Origin: an uncultured Actinomycetota bacterium
GTDB taxonomy: Bacteria; Actinomycetota; Actinomycetes; S36-B12; GCA-2699445
Reading direction: 5' to 3'
Length of the DNA stretch: 64,000 bases
Assembly: GCA_963766005.1 (NCBI GenBank)
Contig: CAVXYG010000012.1
Span: 270,265 to 334,264 of the forward strand
Below are positions 36,423 to 45,688 of this stretch, piece after piece; the first letter of the stretch is position 1; the number at the start of each line of letters is the position of its first letter. A model generated the notes under the pieces. The model ran no database searches, was not told the DNA's origin, and saw only the letters and a program-made list of their open reading frames with translations. The translations under genes were made by a program, and so were the position numbers.

Positions 36423-38075
36423 CTACCCCTGGGGGGAGTCGGCCCGATCGAGGCTGCGCAGCACCGATGCCCGCTGGGACTCATCGAACAGCACGACGTC
36501 CCTGCGGCCGCGCCAGACCGGCATCCCCGCCGCGAGGTACCGGTAGGACGAGCGTGCGACGGCTCGCGCTCGGCGGGGCTCGTTCGGCCACCGAAGGGAC
36601 TCGGCGAGCGAGGCCACCGAGGCCGCGTCGCGCGCCAGCCAGCGGCTGGCGAGATCCGCTGTCACGAGGCGGTCGCGCTTGTCGTTGTTGCATCCGCGAT
36701 CGGTCAGCACCAGGTTGCTGAGGTCGTCGTTGGCGTAGTGGCTCCACGGGATCACATGATCGACCTCCACGTTGCGGCCCAGCGCGCGGCGGCACCAGAA
36801 GCAATCCCGGATGCCGAGATCCCGCAGCCCCTCGGCAACCGGCGCCAGGGAGCTGCGCTCGGCGCCGAACATGAAGTCGGACAGATCGGCCCCCTCGAGC
36901 TGGAGCCCGTTGAAGCCGGCGACGCCATCCACCCAGACGTCGTGCGCGGCGATGCGGATCAGCGCCGCGTTCCGGGCCAAGGCCTCGGCTACGCCCGGAT
37001 ACAGCGTGATCACCGGTCTTGGGTCCAGCGCACCCCGCTCCGCCTGGTAGCGGCTGTCGTCGAAGAGGAAGCGGGGGTAGCCGTCTGCGCCGGAAGCGGA
37101 CCCAGGCCGCTGCAAGCGCGGCACCGGCTGCTTGGCCAGGGCCCGCTCGACGGCCCGCCTGCACCGCTGGTACGCAACCGGGAAGCCGCCGCGCACGCGC
37201 CCCAGCGGCGTGCCGGGACCGGCGCCGGACTTCGCCCGAAGCTGGAGCAGCGCGGTGGTGATGCGCAATCGGCTGCGACCCGGCCCCTGCCGCAGGGCAG
37301 GCGCGTCGAGGGCGGGGTAGGGCCGGGTCTGTGGCCAGTACAGCTCCATGACGCGGTCAGCGACATCGGCCAACGGCAGCGTCAGCGGTGCCGCTGGCTG
37401 GCTGCGCTCGACGGCCAACTCGGTGAGCGCCAGTAGCAGGGCAGGCTTGTAGGTAGCGCTGCGACGTCCCTCGTTCAGGACTGCGAGCACGCGCTGCACC
37501 AGGTCCGCCTGTTCCGTTGCCGACGCTGCGGCCTCAGCCGGCGACGCGGCCTCGGCTTGGGCAGCCGCGGACGCCGCAGTCCGGCTCGACGCCTCCTGCA
37601 GTGCCGAGGGTGAGGGCGTCGCCGACGTCTCATCCCGTTGCGCCAACGCCACGAGCGGGTGCGCTGGTTGCCATTGCTGCGCCGGCCCTGCTCGCAGGTA
37701 ATTGCCGCGACCCGGGATGACGTGACGCACGCCACCGCGTGGATCGGTCGCATCGCCCGGGTACCGGGGGATGAGATGGACGTGGGCGTGGAAGATGGTC
37801 TGACCGGCCACGGCGCCGTCGTTGAAGCCGACGTTGTACCCGTGCGGCCGGTACCGATCGTCGAGCAGCGCCTTGCACTGCAGCACGAGCGCATCGACCG
37901 CGGCACGCTGGGCCGCGGTCGTCCCCCACCAGCTCGGCACGTGTCGGCGCGGGACCACCAGGGTGTGGCCGCGGCTGACGGGAAAGGCGTCAAGCACCGC
38001 GACGGCCTCGGCGTTGCTCGCGACGATCCGCGAGGGGGCCACGTCGCAGAACGGGCAGCCGGAGTCACCCTGCAC
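36423..38075 (-). CDS. fusion protein: N-terminal HIT (histidine triad) domain - uncharacterised central region - C-terminal HNH nuclease
   Basis: ORF 36423..38144 (the TTG at 38144 is the outermost start; GTG 38075 was chosen just before CPFC). HIT: CPFC, GHTLVVPRRH, HAHVHLIPR (about 37776-37790). HNH: CFWC...VDHVIPWS...NLVL..CNNDKRD (about 36677-36803). Confidence 0.8.
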   Translation of the reverse strand: MQGDSGCPFCDVAPSRIVASNAEAVAVLDAFPVSRGHTLVVPRRHVPSWWGTTAAQRAAVDALVLQCKALLDDRYRPHGYNVGFNDGAVAGQTIFHAHVHLIPRYPGDATDPRGGVRHVIPGRGNYLRAGPAQQWQPAHPLVALAQRDETSATPSPSALQEASSRTAASAAAQAEAASPAEAAASATEQADLVQRVLAVLNEGRRSATYKPALLLALTELAVERSQPAAPLTLPLADVADRVMELYWPQTRPYPALDAPALRQGPGRSRLRITTALLQLRAKSGAGPGTPLGRVRGGFPVAYQRCRRAVERALAKQPVPRLQRPGSASGADGYPRFLFDDSRYQAERGALDPRPVITLYPGVAEALARNAALIRIAAHDVWVDGVAGFNGLQLEGADLSDFMFGAERSSLAPVAEGLRDLGIRDCFWCRRALGRNVEVDHVIPWSHYANDDLSNLVLTDRGCNNDKRDRLVTADLASRWLARDAASVASLAESLRWPNEPRRARAVARSSYRYLAAGMPVWRGRRDVVLFDESQRASVLRSLDRADSPQG

Positions 38076-38294
38076 GTCGAGCAGCCTGCCAGATCGGAGT
38101 GCCGAGGCGCGCGACGCTGGCGTTCCAGCACGATGCCCGGCCAACTCGACGCGTCGCTTGCGGCGCGCGCTGCTCGTTGCCTACCCGGTCGTTCGGTGCG
38201 CCATGGCAACACGCCGCGCAATCGACGTCACGGATGGTTGTTCGCCGGACGTCCGACCGCCTAGACTGAAGAAGTGACTCAGGGGGAATCCAAG

Positions 38295-38981
38295 ATGCGC
38301 CGCAGTGCACTGGTCTATCTGGCAGGCCTGGCCGCCGCAGCTGTCGTGGTGCTCGCCATCTACTCAGGTGTGGCCGACTCCGGCGCGACATCGACGGCGA
38401 CGAACGGCGACGTGGCGAGCGAGACGCCGGGCGGCGGCGCCGCTGCGACTCAGGACGGCTCCGAGGCGACCGACCCCGATGGTGCAGAGTCGGCGCCGGG
38501 CAAGTCCGGCACCGCCGGTGCGGCTGCTGCCAAGAGTTCGAAGGGCAAGGCGCTCGGCCTTGAGAAGAACGCCCCGATCCCCGCGTACGAGGCGGCCCCG
38601 GTTGACGAGGCCGTGACGATTGAGAACCAGGTCACGGCATCGATCGTGAAGATCGAGAAGACCGAGTCGGACGGTCGCGGTGCGGGCGAGATCGATGGTC
38701 CCGCGCTTGCGGTCACGGTGGAACTGACGAATAACTCCGCCGAGGCGATCGACCTGTCGACCAGCGGTGTCACGATGGCGCTCGGTGCCGACATGATCCC
38801 GGCGTCGCCGCTGCCGACGCAGTCGAAGTCCGACCCCTTCTCCGGCACGCTCGCCAGCGGGAAGAAGGCGACGGCGACCTATGTCTTCCTGGTCCGAGAG
38901 GGATCGCCAGCAGAGCTTCGGATCGAGGTCACGCACGGCGGGACCAACCCGCTCATCGTCTTCACGGGCACTCGCCCGTAG
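38295..38981 (+). CDS. membrane-anchored extracytoplasmic protein with C-terminal beta-sandwich (DUF4352-like)
   Basis: ORF 38274..38981. ATG 38295 lies behind GGGGGA. One TM segment, an Ala/Gly/Ser-rich linker, then VTVELTNNSAEAIDL...ATYVFLV. Confidence 0.7.
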   Translation: MRRSALVYLAGLAAAAVVVLAIYSGVADSGATSTATNGDVASETPGGGAAATQDGSEATDPDGAESAPGKSGTAGAAAAKSSKGKALGLEKNAPIPAYEAAPVDEAVTIENQVTASIVKIEKTESDGRGAGEIDGPALAVTVELTNNSAEAIDLSTSGVTMALGADMIPASPLPTQSKSDPFSGTLASGKKATATYVFLVREGSPAELRIEVTHGGTNPLIVFTGTRP

Positions 38982-39047
38982 GGCCAGGGTCGATTGCGCG
39001 CAGTGCACTTGGGCCGCTGGTACGTCGTGGCGTGGTGACTAGCCTGA

Positions 39048-39091
39048 CTGCGCACCCACTGCGCCTCTGGTCTTCTGCGTGGAGTGCGCAG
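39048..39091 (+). terminator. possible stem-loop downstream of 38295..38981
   Basis: CTGCGCACCCAC (39048-39059) pairs with GTGGAGTGCGCAG (39079-39091), 12 of 13 positions. No U-tract. Confidence 0.25.
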
Positions 39092-39559
39092 AGTCCCGGT
39101 TGAGGTGCCAGCAGCGCGCTGTCCGGCACACGCTGCAGCTGCCAGGTGCTCGTACCTCGCGATTGCGGCTGTGTGCTGCTGCAACTGCTGACACGGTCCG
39201 AGGCCGAATCGGCAGTGCTTCTGCGGCCAGCACGATGCCGGCAGCCGCCGGTCAGGCAGGGGTGTCGCACAGCAACCGGGCGCCGGAGGCCCGACCAGCA
39301 TAGACATCGGCTGTGGCTTCCCAAGCCGGCTCGAACCCTCGGATTCGCTACGAGGGCAACTGCAGACCGCCAGGTCGGCCACCCGGCGAGGCGGTCGGCT
39401 ACGCATCGGCCCCACCACCGATGCCAGGAGATGCACGCCGGAGCGAACCGCAAGGCTCACGGGGATCGAGGGGCTGTCCCGACCCGCAGATGTCGCTCGC
39501 CGACGACAAGTCGGAAGTGGGACCAAGCCGCCGTCACTCCCCTGCAGCGCGCACCGGCC

Positions 39560-40576
39560 CTACCGCTGGGCGGATGCATCCCGACGGCGCTGCACCGCCT
39601 GGTCGTAGACCGCGAGGTGCAACTCCCCGGCCAGGTCCCAGTCGCGACCACTGAGGTCGGGCGCAGCGCTCTGGTCGATCTCGCGCGCCTGCTCCAGCGC
39701 CCGAGCCAGGGCAGCAGCATCCAGCGGTGCTTCGTACTGCAGCACCCAACCGGCCCCGACCTCGTCTGCCAACTCCTGCGCGATCCTGGATGCGGGCACC
39801 AGCACCGGTCGTCCCAACGAGAGCGCAAGCAGCACCGCGCCGGAATTGTGCATCTCGGCGTAGGGCAGCACCACCAGCTCCGCCTGGCCGATCTCGCGCG
39901 CCAGATCGGCATCGCTGACCCGTTCCAGGCGCAGTCCGACGCGCGGATCCCGGGCGGCAAGACCCTCGAGCTCGGCTTGCAGGTCGGCGTCCTTGGCCTT
40001 GCCGCAGACCCTCAGACTTATCGAGTCGCCGCCCAGCTCGGCGAAGGCGGTGAGGAGCCCGGGTACCGCCTTGTACCGGCGGAGCAAGCCGAAGAAGAGC
40101 AGACGTCCGGGCACGCGGTGGCAGACCTCGTGGTCCCGGTACCACGAGATGTAATGGCCGTGCGGGATGAGCGTCGCCTCACCGCCAAGCGGCACGGCCG
40201 TCGCGGGGTTCAGGGCGATCCAGCCGTCGGTCTGGGCGTCCACCAGGTCGAGGATGCGCCGGTCCACCGACGAGGCGACCTCGTGAGGCTGCTCGTTGTG
40301 CAGTGTGCGCACGATGGCGATGCCGTCGCGGCGGCATCGGCGCAGCAGGGCGAGGAGCGCGGCGCGCCGCCGCCAGTTGTAGAGCGCACCGCGGCCCTGC
40401 AGCAGGTTCTCCGGCCAGTGCAGGTGGAGCACGTCGTAGTCGGCGCGCAGCGCCAGCCGCCAGTCGAACGTGCGCACATCGGCCCCCACGGTCGTCAACG
40501 ACCGCACGAGTTGGGCCATGTACGGATTGCGCGGGGCAGCCTGTTCGTCGAACGACTGCAGTACTCGCAGGGTCAC
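39560..40576 (-). CDS. glycosyltransferase (GT-B fold, GT4-like)
   Basis: ORF 338 aa with a C-terminal E...E-type donor-binding region (LPYAEMHNSGAVLLALSLGRPVL). GTGA overlap with the upstream gene. Confidence 0.8.
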   Translation of the reverse strand: MTLRVLQSFDEQAAPRNPYMAQLVRSLTTVGADVRTFDWRLALRADYDVLHLHWPENLLQGRGALYNWRRRAALLALLRRCRRDGIAIVRTLHNEQPHEVASSVDRRILDLVDAQTDGWIALNPATAVPLGGEATLIPHGHYISWYRDHEVCHRVPGRLLFFGLLRRYKAVPGLLTAFAELGGDSISLRVCGKAKDADLQAELEGLAARDPRVGLRLERVSDADLAREIGQAELVVLPYAEMHNSGAVLLALSLGRPVLVPASRIAQELADEVGAGWVLQYEAPLDAAALARALEQAREIDQSAAPDLSGRDWDLAGELHLAVYDQAVQRRRDASAQR

Positions 40577-41754
40577 GAGGCCTCCTTCTTCGCCCGCCGG
40601 TAGCTGCCCCGCAGCTGGCGCAGCGCCTCACGAGGTTCGCCCAGAGCCAGCGAGGCCAAGCCGAAGCCGCGGTATTTCGGCACCGAGCGGCCCGCGAGTC
40701 TCCGGCCGGTGAGCCGCGCCGCGAGGAACCTCCGTCGGCTCACCTGCAGCGGCTGCACGGCATGCAAAGCGCTGATGCTCTGGTCGGCAACGACCAGATG
40801 GCCGCGGGCGACCGCATGTTCCACCAGCGCGCGACCGCGCGGGGTCCTGGCGATGATGACGCTCTGCCCGGGCGCCTCGTCGAAGACCGGGAAGCCCTTC
40901 TCGTCGGATTCCCAGATGTCGCCGGCAGCCACGTCGGCGCTCTCCCCGACGCCGTCCACGCAGATCTTGCACCGAGACTGCAGGCGTTTGCCCAGGTGCT
41001 GGCCCCACGACTCCTCGTAGGTCGTCGCATGGGACGAGCCACCGGGGTCGGTGAAGCTGAAGAAGCCCGGCCAGCCGTTGCCGCGGTAGCGCAGGCCGAC
41101 GACGCTGCCGGGCTGTCCGCCCATCTGCTCGATCAAGTCGTCGGTCGCGGCTTGGCTCGGCACGCCGGCGCAGAAGAAGGACAGGATGTAGGGGGTGCCG
41201 ACCGCGGGCAACCGCCGCAGCGCGGATGCCTCGCACGGTCTGCACACGATCGCCGTGCCCGGCCCGGCGCCGGCGAGCGCCGCAGTCGTGGACGCCGGGG
41301 CGTATCGGGAGGACGCGTACTCGCCCAGCTCGGCGGGATCGGTCACGGCTGCCGTGAGCGTGCGGCTGCCACGTTCGGCGCCACCGGCCACCACGACCCC
41401 GGAGACTTCGTCGAGCTCCAGCGCCGCTCGGGCCAGGGCGCTGAGCGCGCCGCCGCTGCTGCCCTTGAACCGCAGCTCGGGATCGGCGGCGTGGCCCACC
41501 CAGACGTGCAGCGCGTCGCCGAAGTAGGCGTCGCGGGTAGCGCCCGGGGCGGGATCTGGTCGCTGGACCGCGATCGCCGGGCAGTAGTCGGCCAGGGGCG
41601 GACCCTCGCCTGCCGGACTCGCGGCCGGGACGGGTCGCAGGTGGCCGGCCGGATCCAGCGCCATGCCGCTGGCCAGGCCGGTGAGCACGCAGGCGCCGCA
41701 GCCGCTGCAGTTCCCGCTGGCCAGCACGGCCTGCAGATCCAGGCGTTTGGTCAT
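40573..41754 (-). CDS. coenzyme F420 hydrogenase/dehydrogenase beta-subunit-like (FrhB family) Fe-S flavoprotein
   Basis: In ORF 40573..42264. Start placed at MTKRLDLQ (41754, ATGA overlap with wzx). N-terminal CSGCGAC, then RPCE...FFCAG...C.ICVD motifs. Confidence 0.75.
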   Translation of the reverse strand: MTKRLDLQAVLASGNCSGCGACVLTGLASGMALDPAGHLRPVPAASPAGEGPPLADYCPAIAVQRPDPAPGATRDAYFGDALHVWVGHAADPELRFKGSSGGALSALARAALELDEVSGVVVAGGAERGSRTLTAAVTDPAELGEYASSRYAPASTTAALAGAGPGTAIVCRPCEASALRRLPAVGTPYILSFFCAGVPSQAATDDLIEQMGGQPGSVVGLRYRGNGWPGFFSFTDPGGSSHATTYEESWGQHLGKRLQSRCKICVDGVGESADVAAGDIWESDEKGFPVFDEAPGQSVIIARTPRGRALVEHAVARGHLVVADQSISALHAVQPLQVSRRRFLAARLTGRRLAGRSVPKYRGFGLASLALGEPREALRQLRGSYRRAKKEAS

Positions 41755-43241
41755 CGCTTCCCCCGGAGTTTGCCCGATCCCATCGATCGCACGATCTGCA
41801 CCACGGCCAACTCGTCGCGCCGAATGAACGGCAGCAGCGCCCCGAGTGCGTAGACCCCCAGCACGGCCAGCCCGGCCAGCCCGATCGCCACGACCGCCGG
41901 CAGTGCGGCAGCGGCCTGCACCGTGGCGAGGGCGGCCAGTCCGGCCGCAGCCGCCATCCCGAGGATACGCAGCGCGCCGCCGATGATGCGCCGCACCGGG
42001 ATCTCGGTGCGGCGGGAGAGCCACCACAGCGAGGTCGGCCACAGCACCGCCGCCGACAGTGCGACACCGGCCGCCACGCCGATGGAGCCCCACGTGCTGC
42101 CGACGACGATGAACAGCACGCGCACGCCCGCGGAGATGAGCGAGTAGTAGAACAACTGCTTGGTCAGTGCTCGGGAAATGTAGACCCAGTAGCCGACGTA
42201 GGACAGCAACTGCAATCCGCCAGCGATGGCGAGCAGGGCGAGGATCGGGGCGACTTCGGTCCATTGGTCGCCGAGGAACACCTCGACCACCGGCTCATGG
42301 GCCCCGGCAAGCAGGGCCACGAGCGGCACCATCACGTAGCCGATGCCCAACTGGCCAGCGAGCAGGGCCCGGTCGTACCGGGCGCGATCCCCGGCCAGGC
42401 GGGAGAACAGCGGCAGCGCCACGGTCGTGGTGGGCGCGCGCATCTGGGCCAACGGGACCATGACGAGCCGGTAGGCGCGGTCGTACAGTCCGAGCTCCAC
42501 CGGGCCCGCGCGATATCCGATCACGACCGTGTCGGCGTTGCTGGCGCCATAGGAGAGGAGCTGGGATCCCAGCAGTTGCACGCCGAAGCGCCAGAAGGCG
42601 CTCATCTCGGCCGAGCGGTCGATCCAGCGCGGCAGCCAGCGCGAGGCAATGATGAAGAACACCCACGTGGCCAGCGCCTGCGACAGTTGCATGGCGACCA
42701 GCGACCAGTAGCCCCAGCCGGACAGCGCTGCAGCCACTCCCGCGCCGAGGCCGATGAACTGCGCGGCCAGTTCCGAGGCGGTCAGGGCGAAGAAGCGCAT
42801 GTGGCGAGTGAGATGGGCGCGGTACTGGGTCGCGGCGCCGTTGAGGATGAAGACGAAGGCCAGGACCCGGGTGATCTCGACAATCTCCGGCTGGTCGAAG
42901 AACCCGCTGATCGGCACGGCCGCCGCCTGCGCCAGCAGGAACAGCAGTACACCCAGAGCGGTATTGGCCCAGAACAGGTTGTCCTGCTGCCCACGGGTCA
43001 GCGTGGGGGACTGGATCGCCGCCGCGCCGAGGCCGAACTCGCGGAAGATCTCACCCAGGACGACGACGACGCCCACCATCGCGACCAGGCCGTAGTCCTC
43101 GGGCGTCAGCAGCCGGGCCAGAACCACAATGCCGGCGGTCTGCACCAGCAGGCGCACCAACTGGCCCCCGGTGGTCACGAAGGCGCCGCGGGCGGCCTGG
43201 CGCTCCAGGGTGCGGTTCTCGGCGGGGGCCTCGCTACTCAT
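41751..43241 (-). CDS. wzx: polysaccharide flippase (Wzx, MOP/PST family)
   Basis: ORF 496 aa with about 12-14 TM segments. N-terminal LARLLTPEDYG motif typical of PST-family exporters. Confidence 0.85.
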   Translation of the reverse strand: MSSEAPAENRTLERQAARGAFVTTGGQLVRLLVQTAGIVVLARLLTPEDYGLVAMVGVVVVLGEIFREFGLGAAAIQSPTLTRGQQDNLFWANTALGVLLFLLAQAAAVPISGFFDQPEIVEITRVLAFVFILNGAATQYRAHLTRHMRFFALTASELAAQFIGLGAGVAAALSGWGYWSLVAMQLSQALATWVFFIIASRWLPRWIDRSAEMSAFWRFGVQLLGSQLLSYGASNADTVVIGYRAGPVELGLYDRAYRLVMVPLAQMRAPTTTVALPLFSRLAGDRARYDRALLAGQLGIGYVMVPLVALLAGAHEPVVEVFLGDQWTEVAPILALLAIAGGLQLLSYVGYWVYISRALTKQLFYYSLISAGVRVLFIVVGSTWGSIGVAAGVALSAAVLWPTSLWWLSRRTEIPVRRIIGGALRILGMAAAAGLAALATVQAAAALPAVVAIGLAGLAVLGVYALGALLPFIRRDELAVVQIVRSMGSGKLRGKR

Positions 43242-44338
43242 CGGGCCCGGTGGTCGGCCTGGGGAGTCAGCGATCGCAACGCCTCGCGCGCCTCGTCGAT
43301 GCCGCGGTCGGCCGCGGTCCGGACCGCGGCGGCCCGGTCTGACAGCGACGGATCGGCCGCGTACTCCAGCACCGCCGCGGCCGAGCCGCTGGAGGCGCGC
43401 AGATCCACGACGTCGTGCCAGCCGATGTCGGCGAGCAGCGGTGTGAACTTGTCCGAGTAGGCCATCGGGATGGCGGGAACGCCGGTGGAGAGGCTGTTCA
43501 GGCAGGCGTGCATGCGTGACCCGATCGTCAACCGGGCACCCGCAACGATCGAGCGGGCGTCCGCCAACGACGTGGGCACGACGACGTCCAGCGGGGTGCC
43601 CACCGCCGCAATCACATCGGGCAGCACCGCTTCGTCGTTGTCGCGCGGATCGCCGGCCAGCACGTGGGGCATCAGCGTCACCGCACGGCCGGACTCCTGC
43701 AGTCCGCGGATGACCTGCACGACGGTGCGCCGGTAGTCCTCGCTTCGACCGTGGGCATCGGTGCTCCAGAGCAGCCCGGAGACGTTCATGATCACATCGC
43801 GTCGTACGCCGATGCCCGGCTGGGGCAGCGCGAAGACGACGTCGGTCACCACGCGGTCGACGGGACGGCCCAGAGCAGCGGCGCGGGCCGCGCTGTCGGA
43901 GTCGCGGGCGAAGACGATCTGAGCCATCCCCAGCGCCCGCTTGGCCAAGATCCGCCCGCGCCGGGTCGTGAAGGGGCCGATCGTTTGGGGGGCGATGACC
44001 ATCGGTGTGCCGGAGCGGCGCACCGCCTCGGCCATGAGGTGCATGATCGTCAAGCGGCGCAGGCCGTAGATGTCGGCGAAGCTGTCGCCGGACCGGGTGT
44101 CCAGGACGAGGTCGAAATCCGCCAGCCAGTCGACGACGCCGCCGCTGCCGGTGGCCAGCTCTTTGGCGGCCGCTCGCACGCTCCCCATCGGCACCGGTGT
44201 CACCCGAGAACCGAAGTTGTGGTTGACGACGTCGGCCTCGGGCCAGACCGAGGCGATGAGGGCCCTGCTCCCGGCGCCCAGGGCGCGGACGCCGAGGTTT
44301 GGGGAGCGGTCGTCGGCCCAGAGAACAAGAACCCTCAC
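43238..44338 (-). CDS. polysaccharide pyruvyl transferase family protein
   Basis: ORF 43238..44365. GTG 44338 was chosen (VRVLVLW...). Motifs: NLGVRALG, GDSFADIYG, GSRMHACL. ATGA overlap with the wzx start. Confidence 0.8.
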   Translation of the reverse strand: MRVLVLWADDRSPNLGVRALGAGSRALIASVWPEADVVNHNFGSRVTPVPMGSVRAAAKELATGSGGVVDWLADFDLVLDTRSGDSFADIYGLRRLTIMHLMAEAVRRSGTPMVIAPQTIGPFTTRRGRILAKRALGMAQIVFARDSDSAARAAALGRPVDRVVTDVVFALPQPGIGVRRDVIMNVSGLLWSTDAHGRSEDYRRTVVQVIRGLQESGRAVTLMPHVLAGDPRDNDEAVLPDVIAAVGTPLDVVVPTSLADARSIVAGARLTIGSRMHACLNSLSTGVPAIPMAYSDKFTPLLADIGWHDVVDLRASSGSAAAVLEYAADPSLSDRAAAVRTAADRGIDEAREALRSLTPQADHRAR

Positions 44339-44483
44339 GCTACCCCCATAACTGTCAGTGACCATTCAAGAATGCCACGTCCCGGTCGGGAGTCGAGACC
44401 GCGAAGGGGAGAGCCGCCGCGGGGCGCCGACATCCTGCCGTGCGGCTGGTGGCGCCGGGCGCGCGTGCTCGCGCGCCGTGCGC

Positions 44484-45587
44484 TCAGAGGCCGGATGCCT
44501 GCGATGCGTGGTGCTGCGGCGTCGCTGGCGTGCCCACCTGCGCCAGGGTCTTGCGGTACTCCCGGTACCGGAGGCCGAGGCTGCCGGAGATCATCCCGAT
44601 GCCGCGGGCCTGCGTGCGCAGCCCCTGGCCGCTGAGCGCCGGCCTGCGCAGGACCAGCCCAAGCACGGCCTGCAGCGAGCCGCCGGCAGCGCGTACCACG
44701 CCGCGAGCCACTCCGGCGACGCGCACCCCGGTCCGCCGCCCGCTCGAGGCGGCCAGCGCGACGTCGGTCCTGGTCCAGGTCAACCCGCTGCGCATGGAGC
44801 GCTTCCAGACCCAGCCCAGGGAGAGCCGCGATGCGGGGACGAACTCGGTTGCCCCCGCTTCCTGGCACCACACGATCTCGCCGCCGCACTCGACCAGGCG
44901 TCGGGTGAACATGGTGTCCGAACCGCCGGTGGCGCTGAAGCGCGGATCGAAGCGCAACCCCATCTCCCGCACCGACGCGACATCGAGCAGCAGGTTGTTC
45001 GTGGCAGCGGCCGGCATGCGGGTGCCGGTCGGGTACTCCGGTCGGTCGAACGGCCTCGCCGCGGCCACTAGCGGAGTCGGCTCGACCTCGTAGCGGCGGA
45101 ACTGCGGCCCGGACACGGCCGTCGGCCGGTGCTGCCGATAGATGTCCACCAGGGACCGCAGCCAGGTCGGATCGGGCACTTCGTCGTCGTCGATGAGCAC
45201 GACGCAGTCGTAGTCGGCCGCCTCGTCGAGAATCCGGTTGCGCCCCTCGGCGATGCCCTTGGCGCCGTGCAGCACGTACCGGGCATCCGTGCCGAGGCCG
45301 GCGACCACTGCGCGTGCAGTGCCGGCCGGATCGTTGTCGACCACGAGGACATCGGCAGCCGGGTGCAGGTCCTCGGCCTGGTGCATCGCCTGGGCCAGCA
45401 GTGCGGGGAGGTAGTCGGCCCGGCCGAACGTGAGGATCGCCACCAGCGTGCGGGGATCCTCCCCCTTCGAGGCACCGTCGGAATCCGTCGCCGCGGCGTG
45501 GATCGGATCGGCTCGGGAATCCTGTACGGCCGCGGTCGTTGCCGGCCTTGGTCGTGCGGGGTCCTGTGCCGGCGGTTGAGGCTCCAT
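44484..45587 (-). CDS. glycosyltransferase family 2
   Basis: ORF 44484..45641. Start uncertain: MEPQPP at 45587 was chosen, behind a weak GAGAG Shine-Dalgarno. Motifs: VAILTFGR, VVDND, LIDDDE (DxD). Confidence 0.8.
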   Translation of the reverse strand: MEPQPPAQDPARPRPATTAAVQDSRADPIHAAATDSDGASKGEDPRTLVAILTFGRADYLPALLAQAMHQAEDLHPAADVLVVDNDPAGTARAVVAGLGTDARYVLHGAKGIAEGRNRILDEAADYDCVVLIDDDEVPDPTWLRSLVDIYRQHRPTAVSGPQFRRYEVEPTPLVAAARPFDRPEYPTGTRMPAAATNNLLLDVASVREMGLRFDPRFSATGGSDTMFTRRLVECGGEIVWCQEAGATEFVPASRLSLGWVWKRSMRSGLTWTRTDVALAASSGRRTGVRVAGVARGVVRAAGGSLQAVLGLVLRRPALSGQGLRTQARGIGMISGSLGLRYREYRKTLAQVGTPATPQHHASQASGL

Positions 45588-45688
45588 CGCTCTCATTGTG
45601 GCACTGACGGCGGCCGCCATCGCATCGCAGCGCAGCGTCACATCGTGTGCTGAGAGTATCGGTACTGGGCGAGTGTGAGGTACCGTGG

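Noticed and set aside
39310-39350. A T-arm-like GGGTTCGAGCC on the minus strand, suggesting a tRNA or tmRNA.
   Set aside because: The flanking bases do not pair into a T-stem, and no acceptor, anticodon or D arms could be built. No tRNA is supported anywhere in the window.
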